Origin: Chromatiales bacterium
GTDB lineage: Bacteria > Pseudomonadota > Gammaproteobacteria > SZUA-152
Direction of reading: 5' to 3'
Length of the DNA: 64,000 nucleotides
Assembly: GCA_026982555.1 (NCBI GenBank)
Contig: JALSGT010000066.1
Coordinates: 1,879 to 65,878, forward strand
Notes under the pieces: generated by a model
Told to the model about the DNA's origin: nothing
Seen by the model: the letters and a program-made list of their open reading frames with translations, nothing else
Database searches by the model: none
Program-made: the position numbers and the translations under genes
Shown here: in pieces, positions 7,716 to 17,655 of the stretch
Position numbering within the stretch: position 1 is the first letter of the stretch
Layout of the letters: the number at the start of each line of letters is the position of its first letter

Positions 7716-10700
7716 TCAGGGTGACGAGGGCAGATCAGTCAACGATTCCACGGGGGCTTTAAGAGGGGTTTTCAGCATTTGCCGAAAGGCTTCCAGCGTG
7801 ACATTTTTCTTTCCCGGGGCAGTGATTTGCAACGTGAGTGCATTGGGTAATATCTGGCGCTGGCCTGTCTGCCCTACGGCCAGCAGATGATAATCACCCC
7901 GTGGCAATTTGGCAGGAATCTGTACGGACAGTTCTTTTTCATTTTTTACCGTGACGGCCAATGCCGGCAACAGGGTCACCGAGGCCAGTCTCGTTTCTCC
8001 GGCTAAAAAAGCGGCATCACGGGCAATGACGAACCGGGTATGATTACCGGTAGCTGGATAAACCGTCACCAGCCGTGCTGATTCAGGCTGATGAATATCC
8101 ACAACCTGGAGACCGTCGCGCGGCCCCAGTAAATACAGCAATTTCCCGTCCAGTTGCAGGCCAGTAACAGCGTCACTGCTAACGTACTGCCCAAGCGCAT
8201 TCAGCCCCTGCGAAGTCCTTCGCCACAAACTGACCACCCCGGTCCGAGTCGCGGCAACCACTAAATCACCCTGTGCCCGCACGGCAATAAATTCACCGGG
8301 CATGGTGACTTTCTGATTCAGGCGACCATCTTCAGCCACCTCCCATGCTGACAGACCGGCACTGGTTACCAGCCACAGGGTCTGTTCGTGCAACCACATG
8401 TCCTGCACTGATATCGCATAGTTTGCCACTTCTACAGCTCGTTTCGGGTTACTCGCATCTACCACCAGCAAACCTGCCTGATCGTCGGCGATATACACAT
8501 AACCGTTGCCAGCCGTCACAGCCATGGCTGCACCCGGGGTATCCACATGACCTGTTTGACGCGCATAAAACGGGTCGCGGATATCAACAATAATCACCCC
8601 GTCTTCGCCTGCTGCCACATAAACCTGCTCGCCCTCGATCCACAACCCCCGGGCCTGATCTTCCACATCCAGCCCTGTGACCCAAACAGGATTAAGCGGG
8701 TTTTTGATGTCATACACCTGTAACCCGCCAACACCACTGGCAGCATACAAATAGGTGCCCTTGCTATGCAGCTGCTGCAAAGTACCGCGCGCCTGATAAC
8801 GACCGACATAGGTCGGCCATGAGGGCTGTCCCACATCCACCACTTTGATACCGCCCCACCAATCCAGCACATAGGCATAGCCGTCTTTGACTTTCACGCC
8901 CCAGGCGGCACCGTCGGTATCAAAACTGCCGATAATGCGCGGTACAACAGAGTTTCGCGTATCCACAATCTGTAGACCGGCTTCCCAGCTGGCGACATAA
9001 ATCAACCCGTCGCCCAACTCAAGACCACGGGCATTGCCAGGGATGGGGGTGTGGCCGATGACCCTGGCCTGACGGGGGTCGCGAACATCCAGCGTGTATA
9101 ACCCCTTATCAAAAAAGGCCACGTAGGCACGACCATTCTGCAAAACCACAGCCTCTGCCTGACCTCCGGGGTTGAACTGGGCGAAAGGTTCGGGTTTACT
9201 GGAATCGCTGACATCAAACATCAGCAGGCCCGCACGGTCATCGGCAACGAAAGCCACGCTATTCTTAACATCAATATCCCAGGCCTTGCCCGGTGTGTCG
9301 TACCCCCCCAGCCGCTTCGGGTGCCTGATATCACTGAGATCAATGATGTGAAACCCGCCGCGATGGTCCGCCAGATATAATGTCGTGTCCACCAGCTTCA
9401 TGGTATAGGCCAGCCCCAGTCCGGCCATAGCTTCAGGCGGTAATTCGGCAACCCAGCGTGGACGGTGCGGGTCTTCAATGCTGATAATCTGCAAACCCCG
9501 GTCATCATCACCCACCAATGCATAATTGCCCAGCAGGGTCACGCCTTTGCTTGACCCTGGCGTGTGATAGTTAGAGAGATAACGCAGCTGACGCGGGTTG
9601 CTGATATCGTATAAGTGCAAACCGGAAAACCAGTCAGCCACATAAAGAATATTTTCTTTATCTCCTGTACCAAGGGCACCCCGGCGGCTACCACCCAGGT
9701 TCAGTCCTTCGGACGAAATAGCACCATCGCCACCACCCAGCATCATTACCCGCTGTAGACCATTTTCCGTGGCCAGCAAGGCGACATCATTCTGCAAGGT
9801 GCTGAGTATTATTGGCACGTCTGTATGAAAAGCCGCGCCACTGTCAGGCAGCTCAGGATTGCCCAGACTCAGCTGCAATACACCACCGTTGCGTAAAACC
9901 AACAAGGCACTTTTATCATCAGCGGGCTCTTTGTCCGTTGAAAAACCATGAATCGCGCCACGTTTGTTGAAACTGCCACGCCACTGTAAAACATCCGGCT
10001 CGCTGATATCGAACAACACCAAGCCACCGTGCCCGTCAGCAACCAGGGCCAGTTGATCCTGCAATTGCACATCGTCAGAAATGCCGGTAGTGGCCTGGGC
10101 ATCTTTGAGCAACGCCTGTTCACCACTGATATCCAGCACCGTGATGCCTCTTGTGTTCACTGTCCACAAATGCTGGCCGCGTACGGCAAAGGCATCGGCG
10201 GCAACAGGCAACAGCCATTCCCGCTCAAGCCGGGGCGAAGTCGCAGAGGCGGAGGTAAATGTCCAACGCTGTAATTGTGTCATCCCTGCGCCAGCGCTCA
10301 ACAATAAATAAATATTCCTGGCATCTGCCTGCACATCCAGCAGCTTGCCTGGCGCTACCAGCGTCGCCCGTATCACAGGCGCATTGGGCCGCGACACATC
10401 CCACCATTGCAAGTTGCCATTAGCCAGCATCGCCAGTAGTTGCTGGTTGATGACATGTAATTGTGTTGCCGGGGCAATGAGGGTGAACTGCCCCAAAATG
10501 CGGGCGGAATCGGCTTGTGGCGGGAAATCCATAATAAATAACTGCCGGTTGCTCGTCGCCAGATAGGCCCGTGAACCGTCTGTGGCCATGCTCTGTGGTA
10601 ACGCAGACAAAGCCAGACGATGGGTGACATACGGTCCGGCGGGCATCAACACCAACTGCGAATCAGGTGTCCACTGCTCAACCCGCACGGTAGTCTGACT

Positions 10701-10862
10701 CACCTGACCCTGTTGCAAAACACTGGGGCTGAGCGCGGTGATACGGGAATCAACGGGAACCGCCGTACAACCTGTCAACAACACAATGGTAAACAGATAC
10801 GACACGGCGGCCACAACGACGCTCCTCCGTCGTAACGGCTTTGTCCTTCTTGCAGGATGCAT
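7716..10862 (-). CDS. large LVIVD-repeat (beta-propeller-type) lipoprotein, 1048 aa
   Basis: The N-terminus has a lipobox (VLLTGC). There are about 17-19 repeats roughly 42-45 aa apart, each with a G-L-x-[VI]-[VI]-D-[IV]-x-x-P core (GLQVVDIHQP, GLLVVDASNP, GVIIVDIRDP, GLQVYDIKNP, GIKVVDVGQP, GLQIVDTRNS, GLLMFDVSDS, GFHIIDLSDI, GLQIISIEDP, GLHLYDISNP...). Confidence 0.75.
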   Translation of the reverse strand: MHPARRTKPLRRRSVVVAAVSYLFTIVLLTGCTAVPVDSRITALSPSVLQQGQVSQTTVRVEQWTPDSQLVLMPAGPYVTHRLALSALPQSMATDGSRAYLATSNRQLFIMDFPPQADSARILGQFTLIAPATQLHVINQQLLAMLANGNLQWWDVSRPNAPVIRATLVAPGKLLDVQADARNIYLLLSAGAGMTQLQRWTFTSASATSPRLEREWLLPVAADAFAVRGQHLWTVNTRGITVLDISGEQALLKDAQATTGISDDVQLQDQLALVADGHGGLVLFDISEPDVLQWRGSFNKRGAIHGFSTDKEPADDKSALLVLRNGGVLQLSLGNPELPDSGAAFHTDVPIILSTLQNDVALLATENGLQRVMMLGGGDGAISSEGLNLGGSRRGALGTGDKENILYVADWFSGLHLYDISNPRQLRYLSNYHTPGSSKGVTLLGNYALVGDDDRGLQIISIEDPHRPRWVAELPPEAMAGLGLAYTMKLVDTTLYLADHRGGFHIIDLSDIRHPKRLGGYDTPGKAWDIDVKNSVAFVADDRAGLLMFDVSDSSKPEPFAQFNPGGQAEAVVLQNGRAYVAFFDKGLYTLDVRDPRQARVIGHTPIPGNARGLELGDGLIYVASWEAGLQIVDTRNSVVPRIIGSFDTDGAAWGVKVKDGYAYVLDWWGGIKVVDVGQPSWPTYVGRYQARGTLQQLHSKGTYLYAASGVGGLQVYDIKNPLNPVWVTGLDVEDQARGLWIEGEQVYVAAGEDGVIIVDIRDPFYARQTGHVDTPGAAMAVTAGNGYVYIADDQAGLLVVDASNPKRAVEVANYAISVQDMWLHEQTLWLVTSAGLSAWEVAEDGRLNQKVTMPGEFIAVRAQGDLVVAATRTGVVSLWRRTSQGLNALGQYVSSDAVTGLQLDGKLLYLLGPRDGLQVVDIHQPESARLVTVYPATGNHTRFVIARDAAFLAGETRLASVTLLPALAVTVKNEKELSVQIPAKLPRGDYHLLAVGQTGQRQILPNALTLQITAPGKKNVTLEAFRQMLKTPLKAPVESLTDLPSSP

Positions 10863-10871
10863 CGGTGAAGT

Positions 10872-11516
10872 TTATCTCGCCTCGCGCAGGTTTTTCCCCT
10901 GCTTATAGAGATTTTCCGGCATCGCCGGAATCAGCTCCTTAACCGCACTGGATGGTGGCATATCTACCTCAGTAAGCTCATCAATGGGTGCGCTACGTGC
11001 TGCACCGGAAGCGCGGATATTACCAAAATGGCCCACGCCTGGTACGATCAGCCGCTTGGCTTCCTGCAAATCCACCGGTTGTGGCTCGTAAAATACGCCG
11101 CGGAATTCCTCATCAATTTGTCGCACATAAATAAAATAAGTCCTGCCTGCGATAAACTTGTATACCCGTTCGCGCCACACATCTATTGATGCACGCTGGT
11201 CGGCATACAGCGTTTCTGAGTGAATTTTCAGCGCTCCCTTGCTGGGTTTGATGTATAACAACGTATAGGTGCCCTCATCCTGGGTCAGCAGGGTTTGTCC
11301 CTGAAACTCAATACGTACCGCGTTATCTGCCATACCTTTGCTTTTGTATGTCCTGGGACGAATAAAATACACCGCAGCCAACTGTTTCTTTAATTCCTCC
11401 GTGATTTCGCCAGACACAACATCAGGATGTTTTTTATTAACCGTCGCACAGGCCGTTAACAACACAATACCCATTACCGACATACAGACTTTGATCCACT
11501 GGCTACTGTTGTTCAT
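10872..11516 (-). CDS. small lipoprotein of unknown function (DUF2846-like pattern)
   Basis: It has a signal peptide with a lipobox (VLLTAC). It ends 9 nt upstream of the LVIVD gene on the same strand. AAVYFIRPR...VRIEFQGQTL...GTYTLLYIKP resembles the DUF2846 pattern from memory only. Confidence 0.6.
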   Translation of the reverse strand: MNNSSQWIKVCMSVMGIVLLTACATVNKKHPDVVSGEITEELKKQLAAVYFIRPRTYKSKGMADNAVRIEFQGQTLLTQDEGTYTLLYIKPSKGALKIHSETLYADQRASIDVWRERVYKFIAGRTYFIYVRQIDEEFRGVFYEPQPVDLQEAKRLIVPGVGHFGNIRASGAARSAPIDELTEVDMPPSSAVKELIPAMPENLYKQGKNLREAR

Positions 11517-11593
11517 TCCCCCTCCCCTGTTGCTGATTTAAAACATTTCAACCCGCAACCTTTCATGCTATTCCGGAATCACTCAAATTTATT

Positions 11594-12631
11594 TCAGGGT
11601 GCCGGGTTAGGCTGCCCCTGATGGATGGCTTCAATACCATCGACGACCTCCTCACTTAACGCCAGCTCCGCACTGGCCAGGTTACTCTGCAACTGTGTCA
11701 TGTTAGTGGCACCAATAATACTGCTGGTTAAAAACGACCGGCTGGAGACATACGCCAGCGCCATTTGTGCCGGGTCCAGCCCATGCTCACACGCCAGGGC
11801 CACGTATGCTTCCGTCGCAGCCACTGCCTGAGCGTTAGAGTATCGCGAAAAGCGCTCGTAAAGGGTAATACGTGCATCCGCAGGCTGTCGGCCGTGTAGA
11901 TATTTACCGCTCAGCACCCCAAAACCCAGCGGCGAATAAGCCAGCAAACCACATGTTTCACGGTGTGCTATCTCGGCCAGCCCCACTTCAAAACTGCGAT
12001 TGAGCAGACTGTACGGGTTTTGCACGCTGACCACACGCGGCAGATCGCATTGTTCCGCCAGGCGTAAAAATTCCATTACCCCCCATGGGGTCTCATTGGA
12101 CAAGCCAATGTAGCGAATCTTTCCTGCCTGCACCAAGTCTGCCAGCACCCGTAAAGTTTCTTCGATAGGCACGCTCTGTTCTGATGTGTGCGCATAACCC
12201 AATTCGCCAAAAAAATTGGTATTACGATCCGGCCAATGCAATTGATACAAATCGAGATAATCCGTTTGCAGGCGTTCAAGACTGCCATGCAAAGCCTGTT
12301 CGATATTAGTACGATCAAGGCAGGCCTGGCCATCGCGGATATGATCCACCCAATCAGCCCGACTCGCTACTTTGCTGGCCAGTACAATATCATCGCGCCG
12401 ACCACGGCGCTTAAGCCACCGACCAATATACTGCTCAGTGAGCGTACACGTCTCCGCTTTCGGTGGCACCGGGTACAACTCGGCGGTATCGATAAAATTC
12501 ACGCCCGCCGCCAATGCTGCATCCAATTGTGCATGGGCCTCGGCCTCGGTGTTTTGCTCACCCCAGGTCATGGTTCCCAGAGACAGCACGCTGACTTTGG
12601 TATCTGTACGGCCCAGTTTCCGGTATTCCAT
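11594..12631 (-). CDS. NADP(H)-dependent aldo/keto reductase (Tas-like)
   Basis: It begins MEYRKLGRTDTKVSVLSLGTMTWG and contains GVNFIDTAELYP and YIGLSNETPWG, all AKR family signatures. I set the start at 12631 rather than 12703. Confidence 0.85.
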   Translation of the reverse strand: MEYRKLGRTDTKVSVLSLGTMTWGEQNTEAEAHAQLDAALAAGVNFIDTAELYPVPPKAETCTLTEQYIGRWLKRRGRRDDIVLASKVASRADWVDHIRDGQACLDRTNIEQALHGSLERLQTDYLDLYQLHWPDRNTNFFGELGYAHTSEQSVPIEETLRVLADLVQAGKIRYIGLSNETPWGVMEFLRLAEQCDLPRVVSVQNPYSLLNRSFEVGLAEIAHRETCGLLAYSPLGFGVLSGKYLHGRQPADARITLYERFSRYSNAQAVAATEAYVALACEHGLDPAQMALAYVSSRSFLTSSIIGATNMTQLQSNLASAELALSEEVVDGIEAIHQGQPNPAP

Positions 12632-12783
12632 CGCATGCCTCGTTACAATCGCTAAAACGGTGACAGGCATCATACCGCCACTTCCACCCAGGCAACAATA
12701 CACACGATTTTACCCGGCATATGCAACAATTGGCGGTTGTGTTAACGAACGTTGAAATCAGGCGTTTCAGCTTGACCATATAC

Positions 12784-13542
12784 CTATTGATCAGTATCAC
12801 GCCAGGGTGTCAGGCACCGTTCCAGAAAATTAAGTATCAGAGAAAAAGCCAACCCTAAAGCACCAATCACAAAAATGCCCGCATACATGGCCTTGATGGA
12901 AAACGTTTCCCACGATTGCCAAATCAAATAACCAATACCGGCATCGGCACCGGAAAATTCCGCAGCCACCACGATAACCAGACTGTAACCAATAGCCAGT
13001 TTCAAGCCGGTAAAAATAGCGGGCAATGCGCCGGGCAAAATCACTCGCAGTACAAAATTATGTTTTTTTATGCGGTAGACCCGTGCAACATCGTGATAAA
13101 TTTTTGCCACACTATCTACGCCATGCAGGGTATTGATCAGTACCAAAAAAAAACTGCCGATGGCAACAACCACAATTTTAGACATTTCACCAATACCAAA
13201 AATAAGCATGATCAGCGGTAGAATGGCAATTTTGGGTATGGGATAAAGTAAGGCTACTAGCGGATAAATCATCATACGCACGGTATGGTTAAGGCCCATG
13301 CTCACACCCAAAACAATACCGCTGGCACAACCTGCCAGATACCCCCAGAAAATACGGTAGAGGCTGGCGCTGATATCTGTCCACAAACCCTCACCAGGAC
13401 TGGTGAAAATCAAATAATAAAAAATGGCGCTGGGTGCGGGGAAAAAGCGGGCGTCGAGTAAACCACTGCGGGTACTGGTTTCCCATAGCAACAAAATACT
13501 CACTGGCGACATGAACAACCAAAAATAGCGATTCTTAAGCAT
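12784..13542 (-). CDS. ABC transporter permease (NitT/TauT family)
   Basis: It is a polytopic membrane protein with an EAA-type loop region (AAEFSGADAGIGYLI). It lies in an operon with an ATPase and a binding protein. Confidence 0.85.
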   Translation of the reverse strand: MLKNRYFWLFMSPVSILLLWETSTRSGLLDARFFPAPSAIFYYLIFTSPGEGLWTDISASLYRIFWGYLAGCASGIVLGVSMGLNHTVRMMIYPLVALLYPIPKIAILPLIMLIFGIGEMSKIVVVAIGSFFLVLINTLHGVDSVAKIYHDVARVYRIKKHNFVLRVILPGALPAIFTGLKLAIGYSLVIVVAAEFSGADAGIGYLIWQSWETFSIKAMYAGIFVIGALGLAFSLILNFLERCLTPWRDTDQ

Positions 13543-13560
13543 CAGGCAGATTAATTGCTC

Positions 13561-14334
13561 TTAAAGATTAAAGGGCTCACATTCTTCACGCAACAATTCC
13601 ATAAGTTCGCTAACCTGGTCCTGGTAAGCAGGCAATTTACGCAACGTCAAAAACTCCCGTGGTCGTGGCAGATTAATATCAATAATACTTTTCACCGTGC
13701 CAGGATGGGCACTCATTACCAGCACCCGGTCGGCAAGAAAAACGGCTTCTTCAATGTCATGAGTGACAAACACCAGGGTCTTTTTTTTGCGCTGCCAGAT
13801 GTCCAGCAACAAGCCATGCAATGCACAACGTGTCTGGTAATCAAGAAACACAAACGGTTCGTCCATTAGCAGGAGGTCCGGCTCGTTGGCAAAGCTGCGG
13901 GCAATGCTGACGCGCTGGCGCATACCACCAGACAATTGGTACGGGAAATAATCCGTAAATGTTGTTAATCCAACCAGATCAATAAATTCATTAACAATGG
14001 CATCGAGATCACGATTAACCATATGTATGTTATTTTCCAGCAGAAAACGAATATTGTTGCGTATCGTCATCCATGGGAACAAACCATGCTCTTGAAATAC
14101 CATGCCAATACTGCCGGGCTTGGAAGCATTCAGTGGCTGAATATTCAGCTCACCGGATGTCGCCGTTTCCAGGCCTGCGATGGTGCGCAGCAAACTGGTT
14201 TTACCACAGCCGCTGGGGCCAAGGATGCAAAAAAATTCGCCTTGCTCGATTTTAAAATTCAGGTTTTCATAAGCGACCGTTCGCTGTTCTTTTCGGGAAA
14301 AAGTTTTACTTAAGTGGGCAGTAAAAATTTGCAT
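13561..14334 (-). CDS. ABC transporter ATP-binding protein (NitT/TauT family)
   Basis: It has Walker A GPSGCGKTS, the signature LSGGMRQR and Walker B LLLMDEP. The start at MQIFTAHLSKTF (14334) lies 19 nt after the binding-protein stop. Confidence 0.85.
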   Translation of the reverse strand: MQIFTAHLSKTFSRKEQRTVAYENLNFKIEQGEFFCILGPSGCGKTSLLRTIAGLETATSGELNIQPLNASKPGSIGMVFQEHGLFPWMTIRNNIRFLLENNIHMVNRDLDAIVNEFIDLVGLTTFTDYFPYQLSGGMRQRVSIARSFANEPDLLLMDEPFVFLDYQTRCALHGLLLDIWQRKKKTLVFVTHDIEEAVFLADRVLVMSAHPGTVKSIIDINLPRPREFLTLRKLPAYQDQVSELMELLREECEPFNL

Positions 14335-14353
14335 GGAAATTTTGTGCCGCTTG

Positions 14354-15373
14354 CTATGGATAGCGCCCCAGCTTTTTAACTGCCGTACGGGCATAATTAA
14401 GATCAACAATGCTATCAATATCCGGCATGGTCTTCAGATAACCCTGTTGATAGTACCATTGCGCATCGGCTTTCAAACTTTGTACATTCACCAGGCCATC
14501 CGGGCTCAAGCCAACCGGCACCACAGCTTGATAAATGGAAACATCCTTGATGCGTGTGGACTGTGTGAGGATGCGAATAATATCCTGTTTGCCGATGCCT
14601 TTTTCAAAGGCATCGTTGTAATCACGCAAACCGCGCACATAGGCATTCATGAACCCTTGTGCCTGTTTCGGGTGCTGCTTCATAAATATGGGCGAATAAT
14701 AAATAACGGCACTTTGCTGGCTGGGATAAATTTCGTCATTGCCCGCAACACGCACGGCAAAATCATGTTTAATCGCAGCGGCAACGAAGGGTTCTATTTG
14801 CACAGTGGCATCAATGGATTTGTTGGCCAGGGCAATATTCATGTCTGAATAAGCCAGCGTGACCAGTTTGATGTCTTTTGATGTTAATCCAGCCTTATGC
14901 AGATATTTTTCGATAACGATTTGCTGTGAAACGCCTTTGGCGGTAACCGCCAGGGTCATGCCTTTCAAATCGTTGAGATCACGATAACGACCACTATCCA
15001 GATGATCCTTGCGCACGATTAACGCTAAATAACCGTGACCGGGGCTCACTGTGCCTTTGTCTGAAACGATCTTGATAGGGATATCCTGAGCAATGGCATT
15101 ATACATGCCAGCGTTAACGTTGCCGCCAGCGACAAACAATTGTCCCGTGGCAAGAAAGGGTACCATTTTTGCGCCAGAAGCTTTGAAGGGATTAATGACG
15201 GCTTCAATACCCTCTTCACGAAAATATCCCCGTTCTTTGGCGATGAACACGGCGGCAGAACTCATCACCGGGGAAATGCCAACAGGCACTTCCAATAATT
15301 CGGCGGCAGAACTGTTGCTGGTTAACAAACTGGTCAGCAAAAAAATAAAAACGGGCAGATGACGTAAGGACAT
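14354..15373 (-). CDS. ABC transporter periplasmic substrate-binding protein (NMT1/SsuA/TauA-like)
   Basis: It has a signal peptide (LLTSLLTSNSSAAE) and is the first gene of the three-gene ABC operon. Its overall pattern is that of a NitT/TauT-family binding protein. The substrate cannot be assigned from sequence. Confidence 0.78.
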   Translation of the reverse strand: MSLRHLPVFIFLLTSLLTSNSSAAELLEVPVGISPVMSSAAVFIAKERGYFREEGIEAVINPFKASGAKMVPFLATGQLFVAGGNVNAGMYNAIAQDIPIKIVSDKGTVSPGHGYLALIVRKDHLDSGRYRDLNDLKGMTLAVTAKGVSQQIVIEKYLHKAGLTSKDIKLVTLAYSDMNIALANKSIDATVQIEPFVAAAIKHDFAVRVAGNDEIYPSQQSAVIYYSPIFMKQHPKQAQGFMNAYVRGLRDYNDAFEKGIGKQDIIRILTQSTRIKDVSIYQAVVPVGLSPDGLVNVQSLKADAQWYYQQGYLKTMPDIDSIVDLNYARTAVKKLGRYP

Positions 15374-15586
15374 AATTTATTTCCGTTGATTAAAATGTGG
15401 ATTAAGCACTAAAACACCCTCAACCTAAAAAAAGCAATGAGCATTTAACACAAAGTTGATTTTTTCTTTGCGGCCTTCGCGTGTATAACACATCTTTTAT
15501 CAGTGCCACTACAATACAGCCTTCTGATATACCGCACAGTGCGAAACTCAGATTAAATGATTCCCGCAGCCTTTATCATATCGCAT

Positions 15587-16579
15587 TCATAACAAACGTA
15601 AACTGCTGAAGTAGAGTCCGATGCCAATAACGGCAGCCAGCGCCCCAGCAACTTCACGCCAACTGACGTGTTCTTTCAGCCAAAAAGCGGCCAGCGGCAA
15701 AATAAACAAAGGGCTGGTAGCGTTGAGTGTAGCGGCAACGGCGGCATAGGTGTATTTCAGTGCCACAACGGATAACCAGGTACCCAGCAACGCACCGGTC
15801 AATGAGGCAACCAGGAGAATTTTCAGCAGCCTTCCTTCGCGCAGCGGGGTAACCCAGCCCAGCAGGTCGCGCACCATCAACCCCCAAAAAGTCAGGCCAG
15901 CAATGGCAAATGCCTGGCGAACGAAGGTGGCCTCCAGTGCGGGTATGTCCGCCACGCCAACCTTGGTGGCAATAATGCCCAGAGCATTGGCAACCACAAA
16001 CAACAACCCAAAAAAAAGTCCGCTACGGTATTTTTCGCAGGACCGTTTTTGCGTATTCTCTCGCGGCGTACGTTGCCACAATACATAGGTGACACCGGCA
16101 ATGGCCAGCGTCATGCCCAACCAGGCCAGAATGGGAATCTGCTCGCCCAAAAAAATGACGGCAATCAGTGCGGTAGTCACCGGAATCAACGAACCGAGCA
16201 ACAAGGTGCGTCGAGCGCCCAGTCGCATCAAGGCGAGAAAATACAGTGTGTCTCCAAAACAGATACCGATAATGCCGCTAAGTGCCAGCGCCACAATACT
16301 GTTTGTATCCAGCGATGCCAGCCCGGAATAAAATCCGGGCAATAATAATACCGCCATAAACAGCATCGCCACCAGCCCCTTGGCCAGATTGATGCCCATG
16401 GCCGTAATGCGGTCACCGACCTGTCGAAACAAAATAGCGGCAACGGCCCAGCAAAGCGCCGACAGCAATGCGGCAACAGCACCCAAAAGATGAGATTGGA
16501 ATGAAGTAATGAAAAAATCCTGTATAAAAGTAGGTTGTCTGGTGTACCACAATATTCCGCGTGACACTTTATCCGCCAC
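15587..16579 (-). CDS. EamA/DMT-family transporter
   Basis: It has about 10 predicted TM helices in two EamA-like halves. The start codon is uncertain, because the N-terminal ~30 aa are not hydrophobic. Confidence 0.72.
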   Translation of the reverse strand: MADKVSRGILWYTRQPTFIQDFFITSFQSHLLGAVAALLSALCWAVAAILFRQVGDRITAMGINLAKGLVAMLFMAVLLLPGFYSGLASLDTNSIVALALSGIIGICFGDTLYFLALMRLGARRTLLLGSLIPVTTALIAVIFLGEQIPILAWLGMTLAIAGVTYVLWQRTPRENTQKRSCEKYRSGLFFGLLFVVANALGIIATKVGVADIPALEATFVRQAFAIAGLTFWGLMVRDLLGWVTPLREGRLLKILLVASLTGALLGTWLSVVALKYTYAAVAATLNATSPLFILPLAAFWLKEHVSWREVAGALAAVIGIGLYFSSLRLL

Positions 16580-16643
16580 GTACTGGTACTATAGCACTCC
16601 ACTCAGGCAAACCCACTCCACAAAAAATCAGAGGGGTCTACAA

Positions 16644-17414
16644 ATGACACGGCAGGTTTTTATCAGAACAGGTGTATTGTTATTTACCGCGCTCGTTATC
16701 GTCAGCTGCACGCATACAACACATATTGGTCAGCCATTTATGACGGTGTCACATCCGGGAAAATATCAACTGGTTTATCATACACCGTCACAGGACTTTC
16801 CCTTACATGCCATGGCCACAGTCGATGGCCGGGAATTTTTAGCCATTGACGATGTTGTTTTGCCTACGGTACAAAGTCTGTATTTGCTGACTCACTGGAA
16901 GATTTTTGATGGCGAAACTGTGTTGGATCTGGGTACCGGCTCCGGTGTACAGGCGGTTTTTGCTGCTGACAAAGCCAGCGTGGTTGTCGCCACGGACATC
17001 AATCCGGCAGCGGTTAAAATGGCCCGATTAAATGCGAAAAGAAATGGGGCAAATAATATTATCGATGTTCGACAGGGCGATTTATTTGCGCCAATAAACA
17101 AGGACGAAAAATTTGATGTCATTTTGTTTAATATTGATTATCCCCACAGCGAGGCAACCCAGGGACTCTGGAAATTGCATGAGCGTTTTTTCGCTGAGGT
17201 GAACAATTATCTTAACCGCGGTGGACGAATTTATTATCAATCGGGTCTTATTGATAATGCTGCACGTATTAACAGTATGGTTAACAAAAATGGCATGAGC
17301 ATTCTCAGTATGCGTATGGATGTTGCACTGGAAGCCGACAGGCAACCCATTGTGTATCTTATTAAACGCAGCCTGGATGTGGAAGTGAAAGCAACGACAT
17401 GGCGCAATCACTAA
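16644..17414 (+). CDS. class I SAM-dependent methyltransferase (HemK/MTS-like) with an N-terminal lipoprotein-type signal or anchor
   Basis: ATG 16644 is preceded by GAGGGG. The N-terminus MTRQVFIRTGVLLFTALVIVSC carries a lipobox-like IVSC. The SAM motif is VLDLGTGSGVQAVF, and the NPPY-like motif is FNIDYPH. Confidence 0.7.
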   Translation: MTRQVFIRTGVLLFTALVIVSCTHTTHIGQPFMTVSHPGKYQLVYHTPSQDFPLHAMATVDGREFLAIDDVVLPTVQSLYLLTHWKIFDGETVLDLGTGSGVQAVFAADKASVVVATDINPAAVKMARLNAKRNGANNIIDVRQGDLFAPINKDEKFDVILFNIDYPHSEATQGLWKLHERFFAEVNNYLNRGGRIYYQSGLIDNAARINSMVNKNGMSILSMRMDVALEADRQPIVYLIKRSLDVEVKATTWRNH

Positions 17415-17440
17415 GCCTGTTTAATATTCATACAATCCCG

Positions 17441-17514
17441 TGGAGCGGGTGATGGGAATCGAACCCACGTCATCAGCTTGGGAAGCTGAGGTAATACCAT
17501 TATACGACACCCGC
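17441..17514 (-). tRNA. tRNA-Gly (anticodon CCC), CCA encoded
   Basis: I folded the 74-nt cloverleaf by hand. The acceptor stem is GCGGGTG/CACCCGC, the anticodon stem is TCAGC/GCTGA, the loop is TT-CCC-AA, the T-loop is TTCGATT, and the 3' end is TCCA. Confidence 0.92.
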
Positions 17515-17655
17515 ACGATCTGTCCTGATGTTCCCTATCGTAAGGATATTATTCCGTCATCGCAAACTGTGGATTCAAACAAGAGAAAGGTTCGCCATGT
17601 ATCACCAATCCTGTGCTAATATTCTGCGTATTATCCAACACTGAGTGATCCATAA

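Noticed and set aside
17415-17655. tRNA-Gly(CCC) as a possible genomic-island integration site
   Set aside because: There is no integrase, no phage or IS gene, and no direct repeat of the tRNA 3' end that I could spot nearby. The flanking genes look like ordinary chromosomal genes.
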